From sequence record DRR378314_1245: DNA of 57,674 nt, one strand, 5' to 3'. Under the pieces are notes generated by a model, which was given only the letters and a program-made list of their open reading frames with translations, did not search any database and was not told the DNA's origin. The first letter of the stretch is position 1; each line of letters opens with the position of its first letter. This document shows positions 20,955-30,875 of this stretch, in pieces. The translations under genes and the position numbers were made by a program.

Positions 20955-22427
20955 CTATTTAGCTTTTTGATCCCAGAGTCTATAGGGATCGTCATGGAAT
21001 ACCATTTGTTCCAATAAAAGGGCTTCCATTTCCTTTAATTGAGCACTGTATTTGGGGTTGTTGGCCAGATTAATATGCATTTCTTCAGATTTATGATGCT
21101 CCGGTAAATATTCGTTGGGGTTTTCGGCAAGGTTAAATAGTTGGGTTTCCCTAATGGCCCCATCCATAACATCGTACTTGATCAGTTTCCAGTCTCCCTT
21201 TTTTACCGTACGCATACCAGGTTTTGTTCCTCCTGCGTAAACCCCGTACATGACATCCCTAACCACCTCTTTTTCGCCTTTAAGGACTGGGACAAAACTT
21301 ATTCCTTCAACCGTTTCCGGAGCGTCTATCCCTGCCAGTTCACAAAGGGTAGGGAGCACGTCCAAAAGATAGATGTTACCTTTAACGCGTTTGCCAGCTT
21401 CCAGTCCGGGGCCTTTAACAATAAAGGGTACGCGCCAGGTGTGCTCGTATAAATTTTGCTTTCCCATTAATCCATGGCGTCCAATAGACATACCATGGTC
21501 TGAAGTGTAGATAATATAAGTATTGTCCAACTCACCGGATGCCTCCAGTTTGGCGAGTACTTTGTTCAATTGAATATCTATATTTTCGGAACAGGCATAT
21601 TCACGTCCCAACTCATTGCGTACCGTTTGTTCATCCCTGTTTTTCCATACCCCACTTACACGTTCCTCATCCCTAAGTTGAGGGTGGCCATGAAAAAAAG
21701 GATGTGCGTTTAGGTAGTTTTCCTGCAAGGGTGGCTGTTTTGGGTTGGCAGGAGGTAGGCTATTTTGATCGGTATGGTTGGTTGCACCATATTTTTCAAG
21801 TAGTTCAGGGGTGCCATCTCGGATATCATGGGGATGGGAGAAACCAAAATAGATGAAAAAGGGATCTTTTTCCTGCACTTGTTCCCTATCACTTAGATAG
21901 TTCAATACTTGCTCGGCATGCCAGGCACTTCCCGATTCTTCCGTGCCTCCTCGTTTGGTGGCATCATGCACCACGGTAAACTGTTTATTGGCAGCGGCAT
22001 AGGAGTTCCCTTTTTTACAGGTTCGCATGGTTTTGTACCCGGCCCTATTAAAAACTGCAGCTATGGATTGCTGCTCTAAACTATCTGGAGCCAAACTTTC
22101 TTTGTACCCCGAACTTTTGGGCAAATGCCATAAGGTTCTAAGGGGCATGATCATATGTCTAGAAGGGGTGCACACAGCCCCGTTCATTGAGCCCATATGA
22201 CGGGCACTTTCAAAGACCACCCCTTGCCTTGCCAGTTTGTCTATAGTTGGGGTTTGAAGAATTGAATTGGGATCATAGGTCTGTAGATCAAAAGGCGATT
22301 GGTCATCTACCAATACGAAGAGGAAGTTGGGTTTTTTTAGGGTCTTGTTTTTTTTGGGAGCACAGCCCACAATAAGAATCGAGGCCATGGCTACCACAAA
22401 GGCAGTATATAATGGTTTTCTATTCAT
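20955..22427 (-). CDS. S1 sulfatase (choline-sulfatase-like), lipoprotein
   Basis: Lipobox IVGC; LVDDQ, CTPSR, SHPHD, TSDHG, GKQNLYE. Confidence 0.9.
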   Translation of the reverse strand: MNRKPLYTAFVVAMASILIVGCAPKKNKTLKKPNFLFVLVDDQSPFDLQTYDPNSILQTPTIDKLARQGVVFESARHMGSMNGAVCTPSRHMIMPLRTLWHLPKSSGYKESLAPDSLEQQSIAAVFNRAGYKTMRTCKKGNSYAAANKQFTVVHDATKRGGTEESGSAWHAEQVLNYLSDREQVQEKDPFFIYFGFSHPHDIRDGTPELLEKYGATNHTDQNSLPPANPKQPPLQENYLNAHPFFHGHPQLRDEERVSGVWKNRDEQTVRNELGREYACSENIDIQLNKVLAKLEASGELDNTYIIYTSDHGMSIGRHGLMGKQNLYEHTWRVPFIVKGPGLEAGKRVKGNIYLLDVLPTLCELAGIDAPETVEGISFVPVLKGEKEVVRDVMYGVYAGGTKPGMRTVKKGDWKLIKYDVMDGAIRETQLFNLAENPNEYLPEHHKSEEMHINLANNPKYSAQLKEMEALLLEQMVFHDDPYRLWDQKAK

Positions 22428-22453
22428 AATTATTGGATTGGATTATAATTTTT

Positions 22454-23704
22454 TTATTTCGTTTTGGTTACAAGGGATGCGGTCAAAGGAATTCCGGCCT
22501 TAAGCTTTTTTAACCTTAGCAATGCTTCCAGGTAATAGTAATCTGCGTAGTTAATGGAGTAATCAATTTCGCTGCCATTGGGTTTATGGCCAGTGGAATG
22601 CAGTAAAAACGCTGAATTTTTATCTTTGCTTTGGTAGTTGTTAGATAGTTCTACAAGCATTTTTTCGGCTTTGTCCAAATAATTTTTGGCAAGAATTGAA
22701 TCTTTGGTGAAGGTAGAAAGTTCTAAAAGCGCTGATGAAACTAAGGCCGCTGCCGAGGCATCCCTTGGTTCATTGGGGATATTGGGAGCATCAAAATCCC
22801 AATAGGGGATCAGGTCATTGGGTAGGCGGTCCAGATAAGCTTTTGCGGTCTTTTGGGCAAGGTCGAGATACTGCTCCTCCCCTGTTTCCCTGTACACCAT
22901 GGTATAGCCATAAATGGCCCAACCCTGTCCACGGGCCCACATACTATCGTCGGCATATCCTTGATGGGTAACCCCTTTAATTTTTTTCCCGGTTTCCCGA
23001 TTGTAGACCACTACATGATAGGAAGTATAATCTGGTCTAAAATGATTTTTCATGGTTACATCGGCATGGCTTACCGCAATATCATATAAGGATTTTTTAC
23101 CGCCATTTTTTGAAGCCCAGAACAAAAGTTCCAAGTTGATCATGTTATCCATAATTGTATTGTGCTGCGGCCATTCCATATTGGGAACTTCTCGTGGCCA
23201 TGAGAGAATAGTACCTATATTTGGATTGAACAAAGTAGCTAAGGTATCCGCGGTTTTAAGTATGATTTCCTTGTATTCAGGATTTCCAGTTAGTCTATAA
23301 CCATTTCCAAAACTGTTGAAGACCTGAAAACCAAGATCATGATCCAATGCCGGTGTAACCGAAAGAGGGGTGAGATACCTACTGTATGCGTCGGCTTGTT
23401 CCTTCCATTTTTGAACATTGGTATTTTCAAAGAGATACCACAGGATTCCTGGCCAAAATCCACTGGTCCAATCCTTGTAATTGATAAATCGCCATTTCTG
23501 GCTATCGGGGGCTATGTTTCTTGGAAGGCTCTTACCATCTTTGGGTATAAGAGTCAAGGTCTTGGTAGCTTGTTGCGCACAATAAGAAAGTTGCCTATCA
23601 ATATCAAAGTTTTGGGCATTACTTTTTTTAGGTTTTTTATAACTGCAACCAATTGCAAGGGATAAGATAACTATGGAGGCCAGTATTTGTATTTTATTTG
23701 TCAT
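22454..23704 (-). CDS. Unsaturated glucuronyl hydrolase, GH88, lipoprotein
   Basis: DWTSGFWPG, DHDLGF, IMDNMINLELL, WARGQGW, RDASAA, YADYYYLEAL. Confidence 0.92.
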   Translation of the reverse strand: MTNKIQILASIVILSLAIGCSYKKPKKSNAQNFDIDRQLSYCAQQATKTLTLIPKDGKSLPRNIAPDSQKWRFINYKDWTSGFWPGILWYLFENTNVQKWKEQADAYSRYLTPLSVTPALDHDLGFQVFNSFGNGYRLTGNPEYKEIILKTADTLATLFNPNIGTILSWPREVPNMEWPQHNTIMDNMINLELLFWASKNGGKKSLYDIAVSHADVTMKNHFRPDYTSYHVVVYNRETGKKIKGVTHQGYADDSMWARGQGWAIYGYTMVYRETGEEQYLDLAQKTAKAYLDRLPNDLIPYWDFDAPNIPNEPRDASAAALVSSALLELSTFTKDSILAKNYLDKAEKMLVELSNNYQSKDKNSAFLLHSTGHKPNGSEIDYSINYADYYYLEALLRLKKLKAGIPLTASLVTKTK

Positions 23705-24269
23705 TATTTAATGGTTAGTCATTTGTGATGTTAAGTTTATAATTGGTTTTTAATTGGCCATAATGATTGTAAATGCGCGTAGGATCATTGCTCACAATTG
23801 ATGTTTAAAAACTACTGGTCTAGGCCTATGAATTTGAGAAATCTTTATCGTAGTTACCAGGAGGATACTACTGGCTCTTTCGGCTACAATATAAGCACAA
23901 ATAAACAAACTTAAAACTCATCAACCTTCCTGATTTTGAATGCGGCCTTAGCGCTTAAGCAGAAAGTCTTAAATATTGCTTAAGCTTTTTTTATGACAAC
24001 ATATGACTTGCCGGTCTATTTGGCCAGACTACCATCCATTACGGAATAGGACCGGATATAGTTCTAAATTATGGCTTCTTATACCGGAAAAAAGGTGAAG
24101 GACAATCTAAATTTAATATGTATATTTAAAAGTATAATTTTTAGAATCAATACTGGTTTAGCTATTTGGAAAGGGTATGGCCAAGCTTTTTGGCCTAAGA
24201 TTTTCTTTCTATTTTGGTTAAGGTTTTTATCTAAGGGGATTAAAATAGCATTGGTCATACTTTATTTAA

Positions 24270-25241
24270 ATGAACATGAATTATAAGATGAGTTCTTTTA
24301 TTAAATGCGGATTAACAGGTATATGTTTAGTATTGTGTATTGTAGGATGTAAGGAAAAACAGGAAAAGGACCCTAAAATCGATTTGGGTGAAATGGGGCA
24401 AGAGGAAAAATCAGGATTGTACCAAAGCAGGGAATTTACAGAACCTGCCCTCTTTCCATCTGGAATTGAGGGACCTGCAGTGGATGCCAGCGGGGTACTG
24501 TATGCCGTTAATTTTGAAAAAGCCGGTACCATAGGTCAGGTGGATGCTAACGGAGAGGCGTCGCTGTTTATAAACTTGCCTGAAGGCAGCATTGGCAACG
24601 GTATCCGTTTTAATAGCAAGGGCCACATGTTCATAGCAGATTATACAAAACATAACATATTGAAGGTAGACATGGATTCTAAAGAGGTTACTGTTTTTGC
24701 CCACAATAATACTATGAACCAGCCAAATGATGTTGCAATAATGGACAATGATATACTCTTTGCCAGTGATCCCGATTGGAAGAATTCAAAAGGGCAGATC
24801 TGGAGAATAGACACCGAGGGAAGCATAGCGCTGTTGGAAGGGGATATGGGAACCACCAACGGCATTGAGGTTAGTCCGGATAACAAAACACTTTATGTAA
24901 ACGAATCGGTACAGCGCAATGTTTGGGCATACGACCTTTCTCCTACTGGGGATATAAGCAATAAACGGCTTCTTATCAAATTTGAAGATTTCGGAATGGA
25001 TGGCATGCGCACCGATGTGAAGGGCAATCTGTACATCACTCGGCATGGAAAAGGAACAGTGGTCAAGGTGTCGCCCGAAGGCAAAATTCTACAGGAAATC
25101 CAGTTAAAGGGCAAAACTCCTTCCAATATTGCCTTTGGAGGAAAGGACGGCACTAAGGCCTTTATAACCCTTCAGGACAACGGCAATTTTGAAACCTTTG
25201 ATACGGAAGATCCAGGAAGGGAATTTGTAATGAAGAAGTAG
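24270..25241 (+). CDS. SMP-30/gluconolactonase family lipoprotein
   Basis: IEGP, QPND, NGIEVSPD, DGMRTDVKGNLY, SNIAFGG; lipobox IVGC. Confidence 0.9.
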   Translation: MNMNYKMSSFIKCGLTGICLVLCIVGCKEKQEKDPKIDLGEMGQEEKSGLYQSREFTEPALFPSGIEGPAVDASGVLYAVNFEKAGTIGQVDANGEASLFINLPEGSIGNGIRFNSKGHMFIADYTKHNILKVDMDSKEVTVFAHNNTMNQPNDVAIMDNDILFASDPDWKNSKGQIWRIDTEGSIALLEGDMGTTNGIEVSPDNKTLYVNESVQRNVWAYDLSPTGDISNKRLLIKFEDFGMDGMRTDVKGNLYITRHGKGTVVKVSPEGKILQEIQLKGKTPSNIAFGGKDGTKAFITLQDNGNFETFDTEDPGREFVMKK

Positions 25242-25499
25242 TTTTTAAGTATCCGTGCTATATAGTAGTAATACCAATGAAAGGTGGTGGTGGCAGTAAC
25301 TGTCCAGGATATAAAATTCTGGATTCCTAATACTGGTTTAACATTTGTATAGGCTGCTATTCCAGGATGGAGAAATTTTCATATATTCATGTTTTCGGCA
25401 ATAGATCATCGCTAAAAAAGCTTTTGGCAAGTATAAAGTATGATTGGCCACTGATCAAAAACTTAATATAGGACACAGATAATCATAAATTTTTAAACC

Positions 25500-25976
25500 A
25501 TGGAAAACAAAACAACAAGAAGAGCATCTTTCAAAAAATTAGGAATGGGTTTGGCAGCTATGTTCGGAATAGGTGCTGCAGCCAGGGCAATGGACGGAGG
25601 TTCAAAACCAAAAAAGGAAGTAGTGGGAGACATCGTCATGGATCAGGATATACCATTGTTTTCAGGAGGGGTAAAACATGGAAACACCCTTTATATAGCT
25701 GGCAAAGGGGCACACGTGGAACCTTATGAGATAAAGGCACATACGGAGATTGTTTTGCAGGAGTTGGAAAAGGAACTCAAAAAGCATGGTTCTTCCATGG
25801 AAAAGGTATTGAAAGTGAATGTGTATTTGGCCGATTTGGCGGATTATAAGGGAATGAACGAAGTGTTCAGGGGCCGTTTTGGACCAAATCCTCCAGTAAG
25901 GACCACAGTGGCCACCTACGGGGGCGTACCTGGAAATTCTTTGGTTGAAATGGACTGTATAGCGGCACTGGACTAA
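25500..25976 (+). CDS. RidA/YjgF family protein with Tat-like leader
   Basis: VLKVNVYL, MNEVF, PPVRTTV (conserved Arg), LVEMDCIA; N-terminal TRRASFK plus hydrophobic stretch. Confidence 0.88.
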   Translation: MENKTTRRASFKKLGMGLAAMFGIGAAARAMDGGSKPKKEVVGDIVMDQDIPLFSGGVKHGNTLYIAGKGAHVEPYEIKAHTEIVLQELEKELKKHGSSMEKVLKVNVYLADLADYKGMNEVFRGRFGPNPPVRTTVATYGGVPGNSLVEMDCIAALD

Positions 25977-25990
25977 AAGATTTAAAAATT

Positions 25991-26917
25991 ATGAGGGTCA
26001 ATATTATTTTACAGTTCTTTTGCTTTTTTGTGTTGAATTCCGTCGTTTTTGGACAGACCATTCCCAAGGAGGAATTGATTTTCCTGACCTCCGAATGGAA
26101 AGGGGAACGCTTTGATGACGGCCGCCCTAAAATTCCGGACGATCTTTTGGAACGGGCAAAAAAAATTGGGATCGATGATGCATGGACCGTCCTGGAAAAC
26201 GAAGGATATAAAAATCAGTTCGAAGGCAATTGGAAAATGGTACACGATGAGGTTCCAGTTGTAGGTAGGGCACTTACCGCCTTGTTTATGCCCAGTAGGC
26301 CCGATGTGGAGAAAAGCATTAAGGAAAGGGGTATAAATTCCCAAGGGAGAAAGGGCAACACCAATTCATGGCCCATTGAAGTGCTCACAAAAGGTGACGT
26401 ATATGTGGCCGATAGTTTTGGCAAGATCGATGCGGGTACACTGATGGGGGCTACCCTGGCAACCTCTATTTATAGCAAGTCCGGAAACGGAGTGGTTTTT
26501 AATGGTAGTGCAAGGGATTTGGAGAGTATAAGCAAGATCGAAGGCTTCAATGCCTTTGTACGCGATTTTCACCCCTCTTTTTTGGAGGAAGAAGTGCTAA
26601 TGGGACTCAACACCCCCATAAGGATAGGGCAGGTAATGGTTTTGCCGGGAGATCTTGTCCTGGCAAAAAGGGAGGGAGTATTGTTCATTCCTGCACATTT
26701 GGCCGAACAGGTAGTGGGCACCGCAGAATTTGTAGCCCTTAAGGACCAGTTTGGTTTTGAAATGGTGAAGTCCAAGAAATATTCCACTGGAGAGATAGAC
26801 AATGATTGGAACGAACAGCTAAAAAAGGAATTTTTTGCCTGGTTGGACAAACATCCGGAATTGGTAAAAATGTCCAAGGAGACTTTGAATAAGATTTTAA
26901 GCAAAAGGACATGGTAA
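25991..26917 (+). CDS. RraA/HMG-CHA aldolase family protein with signal peptide
   Basis: VVGRALT, GDVYVAD, GVVFNGSARD, VLPGDLVLA, GVLFIP. Confidence 0.8.
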   Translation: MRVNIILQFFCFFVLNSVVFGQTIPKEELIFLTSEWKGERFDDGRPKIPDDLLERAKKIGIDDAWTVLENEGYKNQFEGNWKMVHDEVPVVGRALTALFMPSRPDVEKSIKERGINSQGRKGNTNSWPIEVLTKGDVYVADSFGKIDAGTLMGATLATSIYSKSGNGVVFNGSARDLESISKIEGFNAFVRDFHPSFLEEEVLMGLNTPIRIGQVMVLPGDLVLAKREGVLFIPAHLAEQVVGTAEFVALKDQFGFEMVKSKKYSTGEIDNDWNEQLKKEFFAWLDKHPELVKMSKETLNKILSKRTW

Positions 26918-27435
26918 TCGGAGGAAATACATGGATAAAGCGTGTAAGAAGCAGCTGGATATTACCCATTTTTGCCTTGTTAATTTTGATGGGGTGCAAA
27001 CAAAATGTTGATCCACCCAAGTCCCAAACAACAGCAGGCATGATGGAGGAAGGGCAAGATTTGATTACAATCGACGAAGTTCAGCGCGCCGTGTCCACCT
27101 TTAATGAAGCCATGGTAAATCCGAGCACAGAACTCATGGACAGCTTATGCGCTGATGAGCTCACCTATGGGCATTCCAGTGGGCTGATCCAGAACAAGGC
27201 AGCGTTTATAGATGATATAGTGAATGGGCCATTCAATTTTTTGTCTTTGGAAGCTGCTGATCAGACCATCACTATTTCTGGTAATACGGCAATAGTTCGC
27301 CATATTTTTTTGGCCAAGGGCACCAACGCCGGCGAGCCTGCAGATGTCCGTATAGGAAATACACAGGTTTACCAAAAAGCCCGGGATGGGGCACTTAAAC
27401 TTTTGGCCAGACAGGCTTACAAGTTGCCCAATTAA
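26911..27435 (+). CDS. NTF2-like (DUF4440) lipoprotein
   Basis: LTYGHSSG, QNKAAFI, TAIVRH, LLARQA; lipobox LMGC. Confidence 0.75.
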   Translation: MVIGGNTWIKRVRSSWILPIFALLILMGCKQNVDPPKSQTTAGMMEEGQDLITIDEVQRAVSTFNEAMVNPSTELMDSLCADELTYGHSSGLIQNKAAFIDDIVNGPFNFLSLEAADQTITISGNTAIVRHIFLAKGTNAGEPADVRIGNTQVYQKARDGALKLLARQAYKLPN

Positions 27436-27461
27436 AACTAAACCACCTAAACTGACCAATT

Positions 27462-28550
27462 TTGAAAAAACCAACTATTTATTCCATATGCCTTGGTATG
27501 GCCGCTATATTGCTGCTAGTAATTTTAGGCATGATCTTTTCACAAAATTTAGAAAGGGCAGGTCTTTTAATAATGGCCTTTTTTGCACTGCTGGCCCTTG
27601 GCTTCAGTGGGTATAAATCTTTGAACAGCTATGTTTTTACCGCCTCTATATTTGCCGGGGTAGCCCTAGCTCTTTATTATCCACAGTATTTTCTTCAGAT
27701 AGGCGATTTTAAGCTTACTGGGCTGATCATACCCTTGATCCAACTTATTATGTTCGGTATGGGAACCTCTATGAGGATTAGTGATTTTGCCGAAGTTGTC
27801 AAGGCTCCTAAAGGAGTTATGGTCGGGGTCACAGCACAGTTGGGCATAATGCCGATAATGGGCTTTGTGCTGGCAAAATTTAGTAATTTCCCTCCCGAGA
27901 TTGCCGCAGGAATCGTGCTGATAGGGTGTTCCCCCAGTGGGGTGGCATCTAACGTAATGGCCTATTTGGCGAAGGCCAATTTGGCCCTTTCCATCACTAT
28001 AACTTCTATCTCAACACTTCTTGCACCTTTCGTTACCCCACTTTTAATGAAGTTATTGGCAGGGGAATTTATAGAGATAGATGTGATGGATATGATGTGG
28101 AGTATAATAAAGATGATTATTTTACCTCTGGGAGCAGGGATTCTCTTGAATCAATTGCGAGGGGACAAGGGAAAATGGCTGGACCAAGCACTTCCGGTAA
28201 TTTCCATGTTGGGCATTGGGCTTATAATCGTTGTAATAACTGCTGCAGGTAGGGATAGCCTGTTGGATATAGGCGGAATCTTAATGTTGTTGGTACTCAT
28301 ACATAACTTATTTGGCTACACGCTAGGGTATTGGTATGCCCGACTATTGCGTTTGAATGAGCAAGATTCACGTACCATTGCTTTGGAGGTGGGGATGCAG
28401 AACGGGGGCCTTGCTTCGGGCATCGCGAATTCCTTGGGTAAGATAGCCACTATGGGTCTGGCACCGGCCGTATTTGGACCCTTGATGAATATTACCGGGT
28501 CTATTTTAGCTTCCTATTGGCATAAGAGACCTCCAAAAGAAGGCCAATGA
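27462..28550 (+). CDS. Bile acid:sodium symporter (BASS) family transporter
   Basis: IMFGMG, GCSPSGVASNV, EVGMQNGGLA; TTG start. Confidence 0.9.
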   Translation: MKKPTIYSICLGMAAILLLVILGMIFSQNLERAGLLIMAFFALLALGFSGYKSLNSYVFTASIFAGVALALYYPQYFLQIGDFKLTGLIIPLIQLIMFGMGTSMRISDFAEVVKAPKGVMVGVTAQLGIMPIMGFVLAKFSNFPPEIAAGIVLIGCSPSGVASNVMAYLAKANLALSITITSISTLLAPFVTPLLMKLLAGEFIEIDVMDMMWSIIKMIILPLGAGILLNQLRGDKGKWLDQALPVISMLGIGLIIVVITAAGRDSLLDIGGILMLLVLIHNLFGYTLGYWYARLLRLNEQDSRTIALEVGMQNGGLASGIANSLGKIATMGLAPAVFGPLMNITGSILASYWHKRPPKEGQ

Positions 28551-28611
28551 TCCAAATATTAAAGTTAAATTTGGCCAAACTAGAAATAATTGAATAACAA
28601 GTTGATTAATT

Positions 28612-30828
28612 ATGAATAAAATTTGTGCGTGCTTACTTCTTTTGGGCATTGTTGGTTGTGGTAAAAAGGAATACAAGGATAAAATTTATGTAAAACCCGA
28701 AATTGTAAGGGAAGCTCCGTCGGATTTTCTTTCTCCCGAGGAAAGTATGGAAAAGTTCTACTTGCCCGAGGGCTATAAGATTGAGTTGGTAGCTAGCGAA
28801 CCTATGGTAAATGAGCCTGTAGCTATTGCCTGGGATGGGAACGGCAAGATGTATGTAGCCCAAATGGACACCTATATGCAAAATGTGGACGCGCTTGGGG
28901 AAGATGAACCTATTAGTCAGATTAAACTCTTGGTAGATTTGGATGGGGATGGAAAAATGGACAAGAGCACCGTTTTTATAGATAGTCTTCTTTTGCCAAG
29001 GATGATTTTGCCACTTGATGACCGACTTATCGTAAATGAAACCTACTCCTATGATCTATGGAGTTATAGGGATACCGATAACGACGGGGTGGCGGACGAA
29101 AAGATTAGGGTTTATGAAAATCCAAAAAGAAGGGGAGGAAACCTGGAGCACCAGCAGAGTGGTCTGGTTTGGAACTTGGACAATTGGGTATATACCACCT
29201 ATAACCCATTGCGGTTCAGGTTCAATAAGGACGGGATAAAAGTAGATTCCTTGGTAGATGGTTCCAGTGGGCAATGGGGTCTAACCCAGGACGATCTTGG
29301 AAATATGTATTATTCTTCGGCGGGTGGAGAAACAGCCGCCTATGGTTTTCAAGTTCCTCCTATCTATGGTGAAGTAAATTTGGAAGGGCAAATTTCAGAA
29401 GGCTTTATGGAGCCATGGCCAGTTGTTGGAACGCCTGATGTTCAGGGTGGGGCCAAATTAAGATTGAAGGAGGATGGTACCCTGAACAAATTTACAGGAG
29501 TTGCGGGACAAGAAATATTTAGAGGCGATAAATTACCTCCATCCACTTATGGGGATCTCTTTATTCCGGAACCGGTGGGCAGATTGATCCGTAGGGCAAA
29601 AATAAAAAATGAGAACGGTAAAAAAGTGTTGTACAATGCCTACGACCAAGCCGAGTTTTTGGCGTCTACAGATTTGAACTTTAGACCGGTCCAAGCGCAA
29701 ACAGGGCCAGATGGAAGTCTTTATATTGTAGATATGTACCGCGGTATCATACAGGAGGGCAACTGGACCAGGGAAGGCAGTCATTTACGACCCGTTATTC
29801 TGCGTAAAGGTTTGGATAAGAATATTGGAAGAGGTAGGATATATCGTATTGTCCATGAAGAGATGGAACCTAGTGGAAAACCCAAGCTTTTGGATAAGTC
29901 CGCTGAGGAGCTGATCGATTACTTGGGACATCCCAATGGATGGTACAGGAATACGGCCCAAAAGCTGATCATTTTAAAAGGGGATATGGGTATTGTACCC
30001 AAGCTAAAGGAATTGGCAAGGGACAACGAGTCTTTTTGGACGGACAACTTTGGGGATAGGGACTATCCCATTGAAAGGATCCATGCCCTTTGGACCTTAG
30101 AAGGACTTGGGGTTGTAGACAAGGAGTTGATACTTGAAAAGCTGAAGGATGCTGATCCCAGGGTTCGTATTACGGCGATAAGACTGAGTGAAGAATTTTT
30201 GAAGAAAGAAGATCAAGAAATAATGCAGGCCTTGGCCAAATTGCAAAAGGACAGCGATATCAATGTCGTCAATCAATTAGTATTGAGTTTAAGATATTCC
30301 AAAAGTGCAGAAAGCTCCAATATTTTAAGTTCTGTCCAAGAAGAATATGCAGACAATGAGCTGATAGCTGCCTCTGTTGATCTGGGTTTAAAAGCAAAGG
30401 ATTCAGATTTACTACAATTAAAGCATAGGCTGGCCAATAAAAGCAATGGTCATAAATGGAGGGCTTTGGATGGCTACGATATTTATAAACAGACCTGTGT
30501 TACCTGCCATGGTTCCGATTTAAAAGGGGTTCCCAATGGCGAAAATTCCTTGATCGCACCCTCTTTAATTGGATCGCCAAGAGTTATGGGCGATAAGGAA
30601 GTACTTGTTAAAATTCTTTTAAACGGACTTACCGGACCTATAGACGGTAAGGAATACGGTATTATGTTGCCAATGGGAAGTAACGATGATGATTGGATAG
30701 GCCATGTTGCTACCTACATTCGTTCCATGAACGACACGACTATGGTCCATGAAAATGAGGTTAGGGATATCCGTGCCAAAAATACAGAAAGGAATAGCTA
30801 TTGGACTTTGAAAGAACTGTTGAAATAA
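28612..30828 (+). CDS. Putative membrane-bound dehydrogenase lipoprotein (beta-propeller, HEAT repeats, c-type heme)
   Basis: Lipobox IVGC; LVASEP, DLDGDGKMD, GPDGSLYIVDMYR, GRIYRI, IHALWTLEGL, CVTCH. Confidence 0.8.
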   Translation: MNKICACLLLLGIVGCGKKEYKDKIYVKPEIVREAPSDFLSPEESMEKFYLPEGYKIELVASEPMVNEPVAIAWDGNGKMYVAQMDTYMQNVDALGEDEPISQIKLLVDLDGDGKMDKSTVFIDSLLLPRMILPLDDRLIVNETYSYDLWSYRDTDNDGVADEKIRVYENPKRRGGNLEHQQSGLVWNLDNWVYTTYNPLRFRFNKDGIKVDSLVDGSSGQWGLTQDDLGNMYYSSAGGETAAYGFQVPPIYGEVNLEGQISEGFMEPWPVVGTPDVQGGAKLRLKEDGTLNKFTGVAGQEIFRGDKLPPSTYGDLFIPEPVGRLIRRAKIKNENGKKVLYNAYDQAEFLASTDLNFRPVQAQTGPDGSLYIVDMYRGIIQEGNWTREGSHLRPVILRKGLDKNIGRGRIYRIVHEEMEPSGKPKLLDKSAEELIDYLGHPNGWYRNTAQKLIILKGDMGIVPKLKELARDNESFWTDNFGDRDYPIERIHALWTLEGLGVVDKELILEKLKDADPRVRITAIRLSEEFLKKEDQEIMQALAKLQKDSDINVVNQLVLSLRYSKSAESSNILSSVQEEYADNELIAASVDLGLKAKDSDLLQLKHRLANKSNGHKWRALDGYDIYKQTCVTCHGSDLKGVPNGENSLIAPSLIGSPRVMGDKEVLVKILLNGLTGPIDGKEYGIMLPMGSNDDDWIGHVATYIRSMNDTTMVHENEVRDIRAKNTERNSYWTLKELLK

Positions 30829-30833
30829 TATAA

Positions 30834-30875
30834 AAAGGGCAAAAGGATACCTACATAGGTATCCGTTGTCCCTTT
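30834..30875. terminator. Bidirectional terminator-like hairpin between convergent genes
   Basis: AAAGGGCAAAAGGATACCTA-CA-TAGGTATCCGTTGTCCCTTT. Confidence 0.6.

Noticed and set aside
23953-23985. GCTTAAGC repeated twice in the divergent promoter region
   Set aside because: The 25-bp spacing does not match the HTCS repeat, and no second promoter shares it.
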